Virus record (IMG/VR): IMGVR_UViG_2821091796_000001
Location: 1 to 64,000 of that record
DNA length: 64,000 nt
Strand: one strand, 5' to 3'
Source of the DNA: a virus
Lineage: Duplodnaviria > Heunggongvirae > Uroviricota > Caudoviricetes
This document shows positions 18,001 through 27,556 of the stretch, piece by piece. The number at the start of each line of letters is the position of its first letter. The first letter of the stretch is position 1. Under the pieces are notes generated by a model, which saw only the letters and a program-made list of their open reading frames with translations, was not told where the DNA came from and did no database searches. Position numbers and translations under genes: made by a program.

Positions 18001-19296
18001 ATGACAAAGACTATTTCCACAATTATCGGTGGGGCGCTTCTTCTAACCAGTGTCGCTACGGCAGCTCAGGCAGGTGGCCTTGAGCGCGGTGGTTACAACT
18101 GGGATCTCCTCTTCAGTGAAGAGCGTTTTGCGACCGAGGGCGGCGTGATCTATGTAATGCCTGATCGCAAGATCAAGAATGCCAAGGATACCTCCACAAA
18201 TCCGCGCCTTGGTCAGGACAATGAGAATTACAAAAAGTCCACAGCCAGTGAAACACCAGACTACTCGGTTTATAAGTTTGGTGCCAAGGTTGGCATCACC
18301 CCGGATTTGGACTGCCTTGGCTCCTACAGCCAGCCATGGGGCGTTCACACGAAGCCAGGTGCCAATTGGGCTGGTGACAATTCGAACATTGAAACGAAGA
18401 TCAGCTCCGACGATTGGGGCCTGACGTGCTCTTACAAATTCCAAGTTACTGAAAAAGGTTCGTTCCGAGTAATCGGCGGCGTTTCCTATCAGGAAGTCGA
18501 GGGTTTCAAGACACGCATGGTCAATGGCGGCATTCCTCTTTCACCTTACGGTAAAGCGGGTTTTGACGGCACCGGTCGTCTGGAACTTAAAGGCGACGGT
18601 GTAGGTTGGCGCATCGGTGGTGCATACGAAATTCCAGAAATCGCGCTCCGTGCCAGCGTCATGTATAATGCGGCCGTGGATCTCGGAGAAGTCGGCGGAA
18701 CTCTCGACCTGAGAGAAATTCCTGGTGCGTTGGCAACTCCTTCAAACCCACTTCCTGGCCGGATTACCGACGTTTATGGCCACGCGAAAATGCCACAGTC
18801 CGTTGAAATCAAACTTCAGAGCGGTTTTGCTCCAGGTTGGCTTGCTTACGGTTCGGTTAAGTGGGTCGACTGGAGTGTGCTGGACGTTATCGCGTTTTGC
18901 CCTGTTGCAACCAAGCCCAGAGGCGGTTGTTCTGCGAGTTCTTCAAATCGTGCAACATCGCTTGACCTGATGTTCCAGGATGGCTGGACGGTAACCGCAG
19001 GCGTCGGTCACAAATTCAACGACCATTGGAGCGGTCAGCTTCAAGTTAGCTGGGACAAGGGCACCACAACGGGTTTGACCACACAGACAGACACCTATCT
19101 GCTCTCGTCCGGTATCGCGTATTCACCAAACAAGAATGTTGAAATTCGTCTTGGCGGCGCAATCGGTTGGCTCTCGTCAGGATCCTACGGCCCAACAAAG
19201 TGCACTGGCAACCAGCCATGCGGCACAGATGTGTCCTATGACTTCGGTGATGACCTCGTGACCGCCGTATCATTGTCTGGCAAGATGAAGTTCTAA
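18001..19296 (+). CDS. FadL/OMPP1/TodX-family outer-membrane beta-barrel protein
   Basis: signal peptide ending AAQA, Gly/aromatic-rich beta-strand pattern, C-terminal ...SLSGKMKF ending in Phe; SD ggggagga. Confidence 0.6.
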   Translation: MTKTISTIIGGALLLTSVATAAQAGGLERGGYNWDLLFSEERFATEGGVIYVMPDRKIKNAKDTSTNPRLGQDNENYKKSTASETPDYSVYKFGAKVGITPDLDCLGSYSQPWGVHTKPGANWAGDNSNIETKISSDDWGLTCSYKFQVTEKGSFRVIGGVSYQEVEGFKTRMVNGGIPLSPYGKAGFDGTGRLELKGDGVGWRIGGAYEIPEIALRASVMYNAAVDLGEVGGTLDLREIPGALATPSNPLPGRITDVYGHAKMPQSVEIKLQSGFAPGWLAYGSVKWVDWSVLDVIAFCPVATKPRGGCSASSSNRATSLDLMFQDGWTVTAGVGHKFNDHWSGQLQVSWDKGTTTGLTTQTDTYLLSSGIAYSPNKNVEIRLGGAIGWLSSGSYGPTKCTGNQPCGTDVSYDFGDDLVTAVSLSGKMKF

Positions 19297-19319
19297 TTCA
19301 TCTATCGACTGCTCAAACA

Positions 19320-19352
19320 GAAAAGCCCGGTATCACTACCGGGCTTTTCTGT
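19320..19352 (+). terminator. rho-independent terminator
   Basis: aaaagcccggt-atcact-accgggctttt ctgtattt. Confidence 0.7.
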
Positions 19353-19372
19353 ATTTATCCTCTGTTCCACGC

Positions 19373-19849
19373 TTAGGACTTGAACGGAACCTTCGCCTCA
19401 TAGAGAATTTTTCGAATGCTGGCATTCGAACAATGATGCCGATGCGCAAGCTCATCTGGGGTAAAGCCTTCCTTGGCATCAGCTATCACCGCTTCGCGGT
19501 AAATCACTCCTGATGTCGGCAAGCTGATTCCACGCTTCTCCAGGGCAGTCCGGATCGTCGCATAGTTGCGGCCGCCAAATGCAATACCGATGTCCGTAAG
19601 GCTAAGATCACGCCGCCTGGAATACACTTCCACAATCGCATCTACCCGCACTTCGGCAATATCCGCGCGTCGTTTGTGGCTTATGATATCTTCCGAAGCA
19701 AATCGATTTTTGTCCGCATGGTGATTGATAATGCTCTCGATCGAAGGGCGCTTGCTGGTGTAATCGAGCGCTTCTTTATTGACGTCGTTATTTAGTGAAT
19801 CTGCCATGGTAAAATGAATCTTCTCGTGAGCTGGATGCTGCCGAACCAA
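19373..19849 (-). CDS. DnaA domain IV-like DNA-binding protein (C-terminal domain only)
   Basis: DIISHKRRADIAEVR ... SLTDIGIAFGGRNYATIRTALEK closely parallels DnaA C-terminal DLLSKRRSRSVARPRQ ... [20 protein letters not shown]. Confidence 0.55.
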   Translation of the reverse strand: MVRQHPAHEKIHFTMADSLNNDVNKEALDYTSKRPSIESIINHHADKNRFASEDIISHKRRADIAEVRVDAIVEVYSRRRDLSLTDIGIAFGGRNYATIRTALEKRGISLPTSGVIYREAVIADAKEGFTPDELAHRHHCSNASIRKILYEAKVPFKS

Positions 19850-19900
19850 TATCTACTCGGCCCAGAATTGTATACGCCTCGCCGTGTCGATGGTGCTGAG

Positions 19901-20485
19901 CTAGCGAAAAATCTTGTTAAATTTATTCCTTAGCCAATCGGGTGTAGGACGTGCACCCTTTGCGAGATCCAAAGATACTAGAAATTCCCACCAGTGATTC
20001 AGCAGCTGTTCGAATGTGTTGAAAGCAAAAGGGCTTGCGACCTCACCTGGCGTGATATGGTATAAAGCAAAACCCGGGGGAATGTCCTCGTCACCCTCTT
20101 CCCAGAATATTGATACTGTCCCGCCGAGCCAATTTTTCTCTTGAAACTTTGAATGTTTAGCCGTGTTAGCCACGTCCGAGCAAATTGATTGCTCTGGCAC
20201 TGATGCTAGGAGGAGACTGTTAAATTCTGGCTCGCCAATAACTTGTCCCTTATCGCGAAGGCTTCTTATTCCAATTGTTCTCGTCCAATCTTCAAGGCTT
20301 TTGGCGCATATACAAACATTGATCGCTGCATAAACCAATGGCTGAACTTCAGCTGGATAAGAGCGTTGGATATCCTGAAAGACATCTACATCCCACGCCA
20401 ATTTCTCCCACATCGCCACGGGATCCCCGATCGTGACGGTATGAGTCTCGGGGCCTTTGTTCGGATGGTTTTTGTTTCGTGACAT
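19901..20485 (-). CDS. hypothetical protein
   Basis: 194 aa ORF in AT-richer island. Confidence 0.4.
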   Translation of the reverse strand: MSRNKNHPNKGPETHTVTIGDPVAMWEKLAWDVDVFQDIQRSYPAEVQPLVYAAINVCICAKSLEDWTRTIGIRSLRDKGQVIGEPEFNSLLLASVPEQSICSDVANTAKHSKFQEKNWLGGTVSIFWEEGDEDIPPGFALYHITPGEVASPFAFNTFEQLLNHWWEFLVSLDLAKGARPTPDWLRNKFNKIFR

Positions 20486-21394
20486 ACCTTATGGCTAATC
20501 CAGAAATTGTGGATTTGCAAAATAGAATTCCGATTTCGCCGAATGACCCATACGAGCCGTTCCACATCTGTTCCATCCCTATCCACAAGCACTTTTTACT
20601 TGATCGCAAATGTGTGGGATATTGGAATTGGCAAACTGGAGTCGGAAGGAGAGTTGAAGGGTCACTTCGGGGTGGCGCAAAACGCCGGATTCAGTGGGGT
20701 CGTTCTGCTAAAACGACAATCCAACCCAGCCACTCAGAAAGGAGATCCTCATGTTCTTTGAAACAGTGATCTTAGTTTTGACGATACCGCTAGCGGTTGA
20801 CGCACTACTATCAATCGCCGACCGCTTTCGTAAGCGATAAGTGATGGGGTTGGTTACCACCCGAATGGTAGCCGCTTCCATAACAAAAAACCCGCGAGTT
20901 GCTAAGGCTCGCAGGCTTTCTGTATACATTCAGTTCAAGGGATCCTTGAACATGTCTTTGAAACAATATCGACACACTACCTGTGTCATTCTGTTTTGTC
21001 AAACAAACCGGCACATACGATTCAGCCAGCCCGTTCGTTTCATCCAATTGACCTTTCGGAAAATTGCACGCGTTTCAACCTATGTAGTCGTTGCACGTTA
21101 AACATTCAACAGACCATAACCGATTGGCCTTGTAGGGAGGTCTGTTCAAACACGGAAGTCATTAGAAAACGATCGTTTGTAAATGCCGATAATTGATATT
21201 CGGCGCCATATTCATTGGGTTCGTAGCGGGCACGGCGCTCAGTCTGGCCTTCGTTTTAGCGCTTTCCAACTGCATTTGTTAGGCTTTGAATTTGCGCCCA
21301 CCCAGTAGAATCCAAGGGTATATTAGCTACGGTTAACCGAGTATTAACCAATGAAAACAAGCCTGTATTAACCAACCGATATCCACTGTCACAC

Positions 21395-21406
21395 TTGCTA
21401 TAATCG
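21395..21406 (+). promoter_or_regulatory. extended -10 promoter-like box TTGCTATAAT
   Basis: cacTTGCTATAATcg ~30 nt before ATG 21435; same box at ~9166 and ~23085. Confidence 0.4.
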
Positions 21407-21434
21407 ATCATAAGCAACATGCAGAGAGCCGATT

Positions 21435-21728
21435 ATGAGCATCCTCAAAGATCTCCTTACAGCCGCAGTCGCATCCGGGTTCACACTCACCGCATTCTAC
21501 GACGATCACACAGATCCGGACTATCGTGGTCAGGACGTATCAAAGTGCATTGAGGCTCTGGAAGCTTGCGATGAAATGACCTTAACTCTGTATGACGGCT
21601 ATGGCGTTCACCAGGGCTGGGTAGCGATCATCAACGGGCTTGACGACGAGGAGCAGATCGCCAATTACAGTGGTGATTTCATCGGTAAGTTTCACGCCGC
21701 GCTTGAAACGAGGGAACAGGACCAATGA
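21435..21728 (+). CDS. hypothetical protein
   Basis: 97 aa; preceded by TTGCTATAAT box. Confidence 0.4.
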   Translation: MSILKDLLTAAVASGFTLTAFYDDHTDPDYRGQDVSKCIEALEACDEMTLTLYDGYGVHQGWVAIINGLDDEEQIANYSGDFIGKFHAALETREQDQ

Positions 21729-21915
21729 CAAGTCGATACACGATTGGAAGCGGTGCCACGCTATATGAACAGGTGTTCGCGAGAGCCGTGCCCGAAGATG
21801 TCTATGAATTGGCGGTCGAAATCGAAAAGCATATGTTCCAAGGCTCACTCGACACCAACCAATCCACTATGGTGCGAGAATGCATGTGCAGGGCAATTCT
21901 TGTCGAAAGAGAACG

Positions 21916-22155
21916 ATGACAACCCGAAATGATGTCTACAACCACATCGCAGAGGCGCTGAACGATCATCTTCCGGAGGATGGCTCAGCTGAGCTGGGAA
22001 TGGATCACACGAAACTCTTCCTTCGTATGGGCGGTCAAGTGTTCGCGATATCTGTCGAGGAAAAGCAACAGATTGCAAAAGCGAATGATCCTGTAAGCGC
22101 CGGCAGAAACTTCATGGCTACCCTGCCCTTCTGGCCCTGGAGAAGCGAACGATGA
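21916..22155 (+). CDS. hypothetical protein
   Basis: 79 aa. Confidence 0.3.
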   Translation: MTTRNDVYNHIAEALNDHLPEDGSAELGMDHTKLFLRMGGQVFAISVEEKQQIAKANDPVSAGRNFMATLPFWPWRSER

Positions 22156-22355
22156 GCGATATCTGTTTCGCCAAGCCGCCTACCAAAGCAGAGCGGGATA
22201 CGCTAGAGCGCGTCTATCGGGAGATGCGAGAGATCGCCAAGTCACTGAATGTGGCGATTATTATCAATGGACGAGTTTACGGAGGGCTTTCGCATGACAG
22301 ATCACCTGATTGCCACTCGGATCGTGCTAAAGAGGATAAGACGCTAAATGGCTGA
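22152..22355 (+). CDS. hypothetical protein
   Basis: 67 aa, ATGA overlap. Confidence 0.3.
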   Translation: MSDICFAKPPTKAERDTLERVYREMREIAKSLNVAIIINGRVYGGLSHDRSPDCHSDRAKEDKTLNG

Positions 22356-22653
22356 CGAAAAGAGCCTCGACGAACAAGAGGACGCCTTGATCGAGGAACT
22401 GGAGACGATTGCCGTCCAGGATCATCCTCAACATAATGAGCTTATTAAATACACCGCAGCAGCGTGGGATCGGTTCTCGACGGGCTGCTTTCTAGCTGCT
22501 TTGGTTGCGTCTCCTTTTGCCTTTACAACCAACTGGGCAAATTGGGATGAAGCCATCCGCGGAACCTACCTTGCATTGTGCTTGGGTTTGTTTGTGATAG
22601 GATACTCCCTACATAGAGTGGGAATGCACACTCTTGAGAAAGGGCTGAAATGA
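22348..22653 (+). CDS. hypothetical membrane protein
   Basis: two predicted TM segments in C-terminal half. Confidence 0.35.
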   Translation: MADEKSLDEQEDALIEELETIAVQDHPQHNELIKYTAAAWDRFSTGCFLAALVASPFAFTTNWANWDEAIRGTYLALCLGLFVIGYSLHRVGMHTLEKGLK

Positions 22654-23054
22654 CAGTTCTCCTTTACGTATTTGGCTTCGGCCTGCCAATCGCAGCTCTC
22701 GCGATCGCAATGTGGGAGAGCCGCGGCTTGATAGCAAAGTCAAACGATCTGGAAGCGCGCCGGAAAGACCTGGAGAAGCGCTTGGGCGAGGTGCGCGCAA
22801 AAAAGCTTGAGACTTTGAAAGTAGAAACCCCCGATGTTTCTGCCAGACTGTCTATTTCCAAACTCCTTGAGGAGCTTACCTCGGGCCAAAATTCAGTCAG
22901 AGCCGCTGGGTTAAGAAATTTAGATGTGACAAGCCACATTCTTGCCGCTTCCAGGCGCCGCGAAAACAATCCCATTGTTTACGTTTTTGATTATCAGGGC
23001 AAGCCACGGACAATGCCCGCTGGCGGCATGATACCAACTCCGCGACTGAAATAG
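22650..23054 (+). CDS. N-terminal TM + coiled-coil protein (spanin-like architecture, speculative)
   Basis: MTVLLYVFGFGLPIAALAIAMW then charged coiled-coil region. Confidence 0.3.
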   Translation: MTVLLYVFGFGLPIAALAIAMWESRGLIAKSNDLEARRKDLEKRLGEVRAKKLETLKVETPDVSARLSISKLLEELTSGQNSVRAAGLRNLDVTSHILAASRRRENNPIVYVFDYQGKPRTMPAGGMIPTPRLK

Positions 23055-23083
23055 TCCAATAGGTTCCATCCGACTTCCTGCTT

Positions 23084-23095
23084 TCTGCTTGCTAT
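23084..23095 (+). promoter_or_regulatory. extended -10 promoter-like box TTGCTATAAC
   Basis: gcTTGCTATAACtg ~40 nt before ATG 23133. Confidence 0.4.
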
Positions 23096-23132
23096 AACTG
23101 AACATAAGCACAGCAAAACAGAGAGCAGCAAA

Positions 23133-23405
23133 ATGTCCCTTGAAATCCGTAAGTTCATCACGGTCTCCACAGCTCACGTATCATTTGAGACAGCCGCGTT
23201 ATTGAACGACAACGTCAACCGTCCGTGCTTGGGCGGCACATATGGCGACTATGGCTGGTTTCTCTATGCGAGGGACGATGATCAGGGCGAAATTCCTGAT
23301 GACCTCTGGAAGGTATTTCAGTGGGTCGTGCAACAGGGTATCGATTACGTCGTTCTTGACCGCGATGCAGATCACATCGACAGCCTTCCTACCTTTGATT
23401 GGTAA
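23133..23405 (+). CDS. hypothetical protein
   Basis: 90 aa; TTGCTATAAC box upstream. Confidence 0.4.
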   Translation: MSLEIRKFITVSTAHVSFETAALLNDNVNRPCLGGTYGDYGWFLYARDDDQGEIPDDLWKVFQWVVQQGIDYVVLDRDADHIDSLPTFDW

Positions 23406-23524
23406 CACCGACTAACAAGTAAAGGCGGCTCTCACCGTCTTTTTCTTGCAGGTGAGCTCAGCCATGGACCGCCCTGCCCTCTCGTTACCAACAGCAACCA
23501 TTTGAACGCCTCGTCAAATCGTCA

Positions 23525-23562
23525 TATAACTAAAGAACGAAAAGACGAAAGCGCGAAAGAAC
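23525..23562 (+). repeat. ACGAAA tandem-hexamer element
   Basis: aagaACGAAAagACGAAAgcgCGAAAgaACGAgaac. Confidence 0.4.
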
Positions 23563-24043
23563 GAGAACAGCAAATGACCTGGAATTACATGAGAGGGTGG
23601 CTACCTCAGATCAAATGAGCCCGGCTGAAAGAAGCGCCGACACACATACGGTAATGCTGCCATTTGGAGCAAAGTCCGATAGTCGCCCATCCGTCAGGAT
23701 TATCTGGGTGAGATCTTCTCAAACGTATGCCTCACATTGTCCGGCTCGACCGGCAGCAGGTGTTGTTACGGAACTAACCCGCTTGATTGCTCACGATCCG
23801 CACCCTTCGTTGACCTGCACCTGCGGCAGGACTCAATGGGCACTGTCAACTCGGTGCGCGATCAATGAACAATCGTGAAGACAGATATAACCAGGAACGC
23901 GCTACGGCGCGTTTTCTCGTATCTGCACGCAGCCATGGCTGACCTTGGGCGAATCCCATGGCGGCCGGCGGATTAGCGATTTTGTCACTTGCATCAATTA
24001 GGCACATCATTGAATCCTAACCTCAGCTAGTGGGAGATAATCA

Positions 24044-24427
24044 ATGCCTGAGCTTACACCACCTTTCGGACTAACCCGTCTCGAAGGCGAATACATGGGC
24101 GACTTCAGTTCTCGATATGTGGAGTTCTTTAAAGAAGCTGTAGAGGACGCCCATAATCACCATGATATCGTCTCGCTCGTCTACACCGAGGATACTGCGA
24201 TGGCCCACGGCGGATCATCGCCGGATTTCTTTAACGAGAGATTCTTCGAGTTGGGTGCGCATCGCTACAACGATCCGATTTTGCTTCTGCTTGCTGACAG
24301 GGTGATCTTCCGAACCGAATATTATCCAGAGCGCGTAGTCGTAGATCGCTCAATCGGGTTCATTTCCCCTGAATTCGAGAACTTCGCCACCCGGCCCGAG
24401 GATGACTTGGAACTCTCTCAGGACTAG
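24044..24427 (+). CDS. hypothetical protein
   Basis: 127 aa. Confidence 0.4.
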   Translation: MPELTPPFGLTRLEGEYMGDFSSRYVEFFKEAVEDAHNHHDIVSLVYTEDTAMAHGGSSPDFFNERFFELGAHRYNDPILLLLADRVIFRTEYYPERVVVDRSIGFISPEFENFATRPEDDLELSQD

Positions 24428-24479
24428 TTCCAGCGCAACCTTTTCCTGATCCACCCGTTAGACTCGCCTTAAGCACCGA

Positions 24480-24803
24480 GTGAGGCGAGTCATGATGGAC
24501 TATGCGGTAAAGGAAGTCGCCGTTGAAACAGCTCAGATTGGCCGTATGCGCGTTTTAGCGAGCGTGGGCGACTTGGCAAGGTATTTGCTGGAGGAATGGC
24601 CTGACGACGCGGGAGAGAAGCACAGGGCAGCGCGAGAAGCCTGTCTTGAAGCGCTTGCGGGCAAAATCTCTCCGGGCGTCGCGAGGATCGCATTTCTAGA
24701 GGCGGCCGAACAGGACAACGTATGGACCATGGCAACCCAGAGACCTGAATCGACCGGCAAGGTTGAGCACAGATTCAAGCGCCGTGGCGCATATCGCCGC
24801 TAA
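24480..24803 (+). CDS. hypothetical protein
   Basis: 107 aa. Confidence 0.35.
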   Translation: MRRVMMDYAVKEVAVETAQIGRMRVLASVGDLARYLLEEWPDDAGEKHRAAREACLEALAGKISPGVARIAFLEAAEQDNVWTMATQRPESTGKVEHRFKRRGAYRR

Positions 24804-25438
24804 TTCACAATCAACAGCGTGTCGTCGGGAAGCGGCTTCTGTAATTGGAGAGCCTCTTTGAAGGGTGCGGTCATCCAATGATCGACCTCCTCTGGTGTGC
24901 GCAAGATCACCGGCATTGCCTTTGGATGAATCGGCTTGACGACATTGTTTGGATCAGTCGTGAGAAAGCCAAACAGGGTGAAATCACCAGGCCCATCTTT
25001 GACGCGCCTCACGCCGGTCCACTGTGTCCACATACCGGCAAAGAAGAACAGCGGCTTGGTCTGATCCAGGGCGAAGAACACATTGGGCGTCTTTCCCGCC
25101 TCATCCTTGTAAGGGGCCGGCTCAGCAAAGCTGGTCACGGGCACGACGCACCGGTTTTCAAGCCCGTGATATTGTCTCCACCAAGGAAAATGTGAATTGC
25201 GGATATTTGACTGACCGGGATCGTAGTTCTTGCCGACCAGATGCTTAGGATCCGTGGGCAGCCCAAATTGCATAGTCGCCATCTCTCGCACACCATCGGT
25301 GCCATTACGGACGATAGGGGCAAAGGAGTTCTTGTAGACGTTGATATCGGGCTCAAGGTTGCGAGAGATATCTCGCAGAGCGCGAGTGAACAGAGTGATC
25401 TCCGCCTGATTGCTCGCCAGCTTAAAGTAGTTGCACAT
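24800..25438 (-). CDS. SRAP (SOS-response-associated peptidase, YedK/HMCES-like) abasic-site processing protein
   Basis: start MCNYF.. (Met1-Cys2 catalytic nucleophile), ~212 aa, conserved ...PIVRNGTDG ... HSHFPWW-like segments. Confidence 0.6.
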   Translation of the reverse strand: MCNYFKLASNQAEITLFTRALRDISRNLEPDINVYKNSFAPIVRNGTDGVREMATMQFGLPTDPKHLVGKNYDPGQSNIRNSHFPWWRQYHGLENRCVVPVTSFAEPAPYKDEAGKTPNVFFALDQTKPLFFFAGMWTQWTGVRRVKDGPGDFTLFGFLTTDPNNVVKPIHPKAMPVILRTPEEVDHWMTAPFKEALQLQKPLPDDTLLIVN

Positions 25439-25512
25439 CGACGTTCGCCTTCTTGACTCTTTTCCTAAATGAGAACAAATAAGGAACATATTCCGTTTTG
25501 AGCGTCAAGGAT

Positions 25513-25761
25513 ATGTCCGGACCTAAGCATTTACGCCTCGTTGCCGACGTCACCAAGTTCTCCGATTTGGACAGCTGGGAGCATCTCTATGCCTATTGCC
25601 CAGACTGTTTCAGGAAGATGCGTCTGGATAAAAATCGCCTCGGAAGAAAATATGGTTTTCACGCGAGGATCAATACGCTCAGAAAGTTCCTCGCATGCAA
25701 AAATGTGAATTGCAAAAACAAGGTGGGCAACGTGTTTGGCACCGCCAATGAGGCTCGTTAG
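25513..25761 (+). CDS. hypothetical Cys-containing small protein
   Basis: CPDC ... CKNVNC pairs. Confidence 0.3.
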   Translation: MSGPKHLRLVADVTKFSDLDSWEHLYAYCPDCFRKMRLDKNRLGRKYGFHARINTLRKFLACKNVNCKNKVGNVFGTANEAR

Positions 25762-26099
25762 GGCTTCGAACAGAATGCCTCTGTCAATGCTTTGTTGACG
25801 AGAAACCCACCAGGCTCGTGACGTTTGTCAGGATTGTTCTTCAGATACTTTGTCACAACATCCGCTACCTGCTCGCCGCTGATAGGGCTTAAAAGACACG
25901 GCTCTTTCTTTGAAAGCAAACGGATCACATCGAACGAGTCTGCAGATCCCTGCGTATAACCTAGACAGAGAATGTATTCGTCCTTCGTATTATCCTTGCA
26001 TACATTATAGAGATCGTTGCCATTATAGAAACCCGCATGTGCGGAGTTCACACTCGCAGCGCACGCAATCGCAAACAATGCAATTCTCCAGATTCTCAT
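25758..26099 (-). CDS. secreted small Cys-containing protein
   Basis: signal peptide MRIWRIALFAIACAASVNSAHA, four Cys. Confidence 0.45.
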   Translation of the reverse strand: MRIWRIALFAIACAASVNSAHAGFYNGNDLYNVCKDNTKDEYILCLGYTQGSADSFDVIRLLSKKEPCLLSPISGEQVADVVTKYLKNNPDKRHEPGGFLVNKALTEAFCSKP

Positions 26100-26141
26100 A
26101 GCCCCACCCTTCCCCAAGATTCAGTCACATTCTAGTGCAAC

Positions 26142-26483
26142 CTAAATATCAATATCATTCAGCATCAGTTCGTAGGCAGTGGAAAGACGTCTGATCGCAA
26201 GTTGAACCTCCTCCTGACCCCAGCCTGCAGCCTTCGCCTCGCTTACCAAATCGTTCCGGAGATAAGTCTCCCAGAAGATCGTCAGATCCACATTCGCAAG
26301 ATACTCGAAGAACCGCGGCTCGATCGCCTCCTCGCAATCGATGTCACGATCGGGATATGGCTCCGTTCGCTTAGGTGGCGTTACCAGAACCATATGAGCG
26401 GTCCTTCCTCCAACAGGCATTTTGTCAACATCGCGTAACATTGGGTAACGTTCTACCACACAAATGGCACGCGAAGTTGTCAA
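26142..26483 (-). CDS. hypothetical protein
   Basis: 113 aa. Confidence 0.4.
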   Translation of the reverse strand: MTTSRAICVVERYPMLRDVDKMPVGGRTAHMVLVTPPKRTEPYPDRDIDCEEAIEPRFFEYLANVDLTIFWETYLRNDLVSEAKAAGWGQEEVQLAIRRLSTAYELMLNDIDI

Positions 26484-27556
26484 AACTGTAAGCTCACCAA
26501 GTCAAAATAGGTAAATTTGATACGTGATGTTTACGTGATGTTGACAAAACCATCCCCAAAACCGGTTTTTCGGCAATCTGACAACATAGCGTAACATTTC
26601 CGGCAAGCTCTACAGAAGCTCACAGAGAGCGGCCATCAGCTAAGACGAACGAGACAACAGATCGGCAGCACGGAATACACTCAGAACTAAACCTCGAGCG
26701 AAACAGCGCAGCATACGCACCACAGAGAAAAGCTAGACCAGCGCTGCTCGGAAACATATTCGAACCAAGGCTCACTATTCGCACCAGAGCATAGAGGTCA
26801 GATATACGCATGAGCGTCTACAGAAGAGACAGAGAGGCTGCGATCAGACCTATAGAGAGCACAAAGGTCGTATAGATGCATTAGAGCAGAGAGAGGGTGG
26901 ATAGACGGCTGAAAGTGAGTGCTGAGGAACGGTTGGCGCCGCGCCATCGTTGCCTCTCACCAAACCGAACCGCCCTACCCTTCTGCCATGGCGATCCACA
27001 ACTTACCTGCACACACCATTTTCAACCCGATCGAGCCTCTGCTACAACACAGATGCAGACGTTCACTGCACACGGCGCGATTTCTTACGCGCCTCTTTCT
27101 AGTGTGTTGCATGGCACGTTGAACGCGTGCACGACTTGAGGCGGTGTCTTTGCGGATGCCGCCTCACCTTTTCGCCAGGTCGATGCCGTTTTCAGGAACC
27201 GAGCGCGTGTCTTGTCCGGAGATCCAGAAACCATGGGTTGCTCCGGAACCTTCTTTCCCTTTCACACAATTCGCCTTGCTTCGTCTATTACGTATATCTT
27301 TAGGTAGTAGAATATAGACGAACGATGGCGAAGGGAGAAAACGGGAAACCATGGACTCCGGCTCTGAACCGCGGCGTTCCAAGGTCTACCAAGGTCAACC
27401 GCGGCGGATCCCTGCGGTGCCAGTGTATTCCTTGCCGTTCCGCGTCGTCACTTGCCTATACTAGCCAGTATTATGCCAGCATTCCGTGCGATATTGTTTG
27501 AACATCGAAAGCAATCAAGCATTTCGAACAAGCAAACACACATAAGGAATACTGAC
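26484..27556. repeat. approx. 1 kb ORF-free region with short direct repeats and strand-asymmetric (T-poor) degenerate repeats; candidate origin/iteron or ncRNA region
   Basis: GTAACRTT x3, acgtgatgtt x2, TTGACAAAAC-like copies, then ~350 nt A/G/C-rich tract with spaced AGAG...GGTC/AGAC units; no ORF >=60 aa with coding character. Confidence 0.5.

Noticed and set aside
23597-23878. Track ORF 23597..23878 (93 aa, Cys-rich)
   Set aside because: It has no RBS, and its composition is unusual (Ser/Thr/Cys/Pro-rich, as in an out-of-frame read of GC-rich DNA). The region between 23405 and 24044 otherwise looks non-coding with ACGAAA repeats.
26484-27556. Possible CRISPR array in the repeat-rich ORF-free region
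   Set aside because: The repeats are short, degenerate and irregularly spaced. There are no identical 25-40 bp direct repeats with unique spacers and no cas genes.
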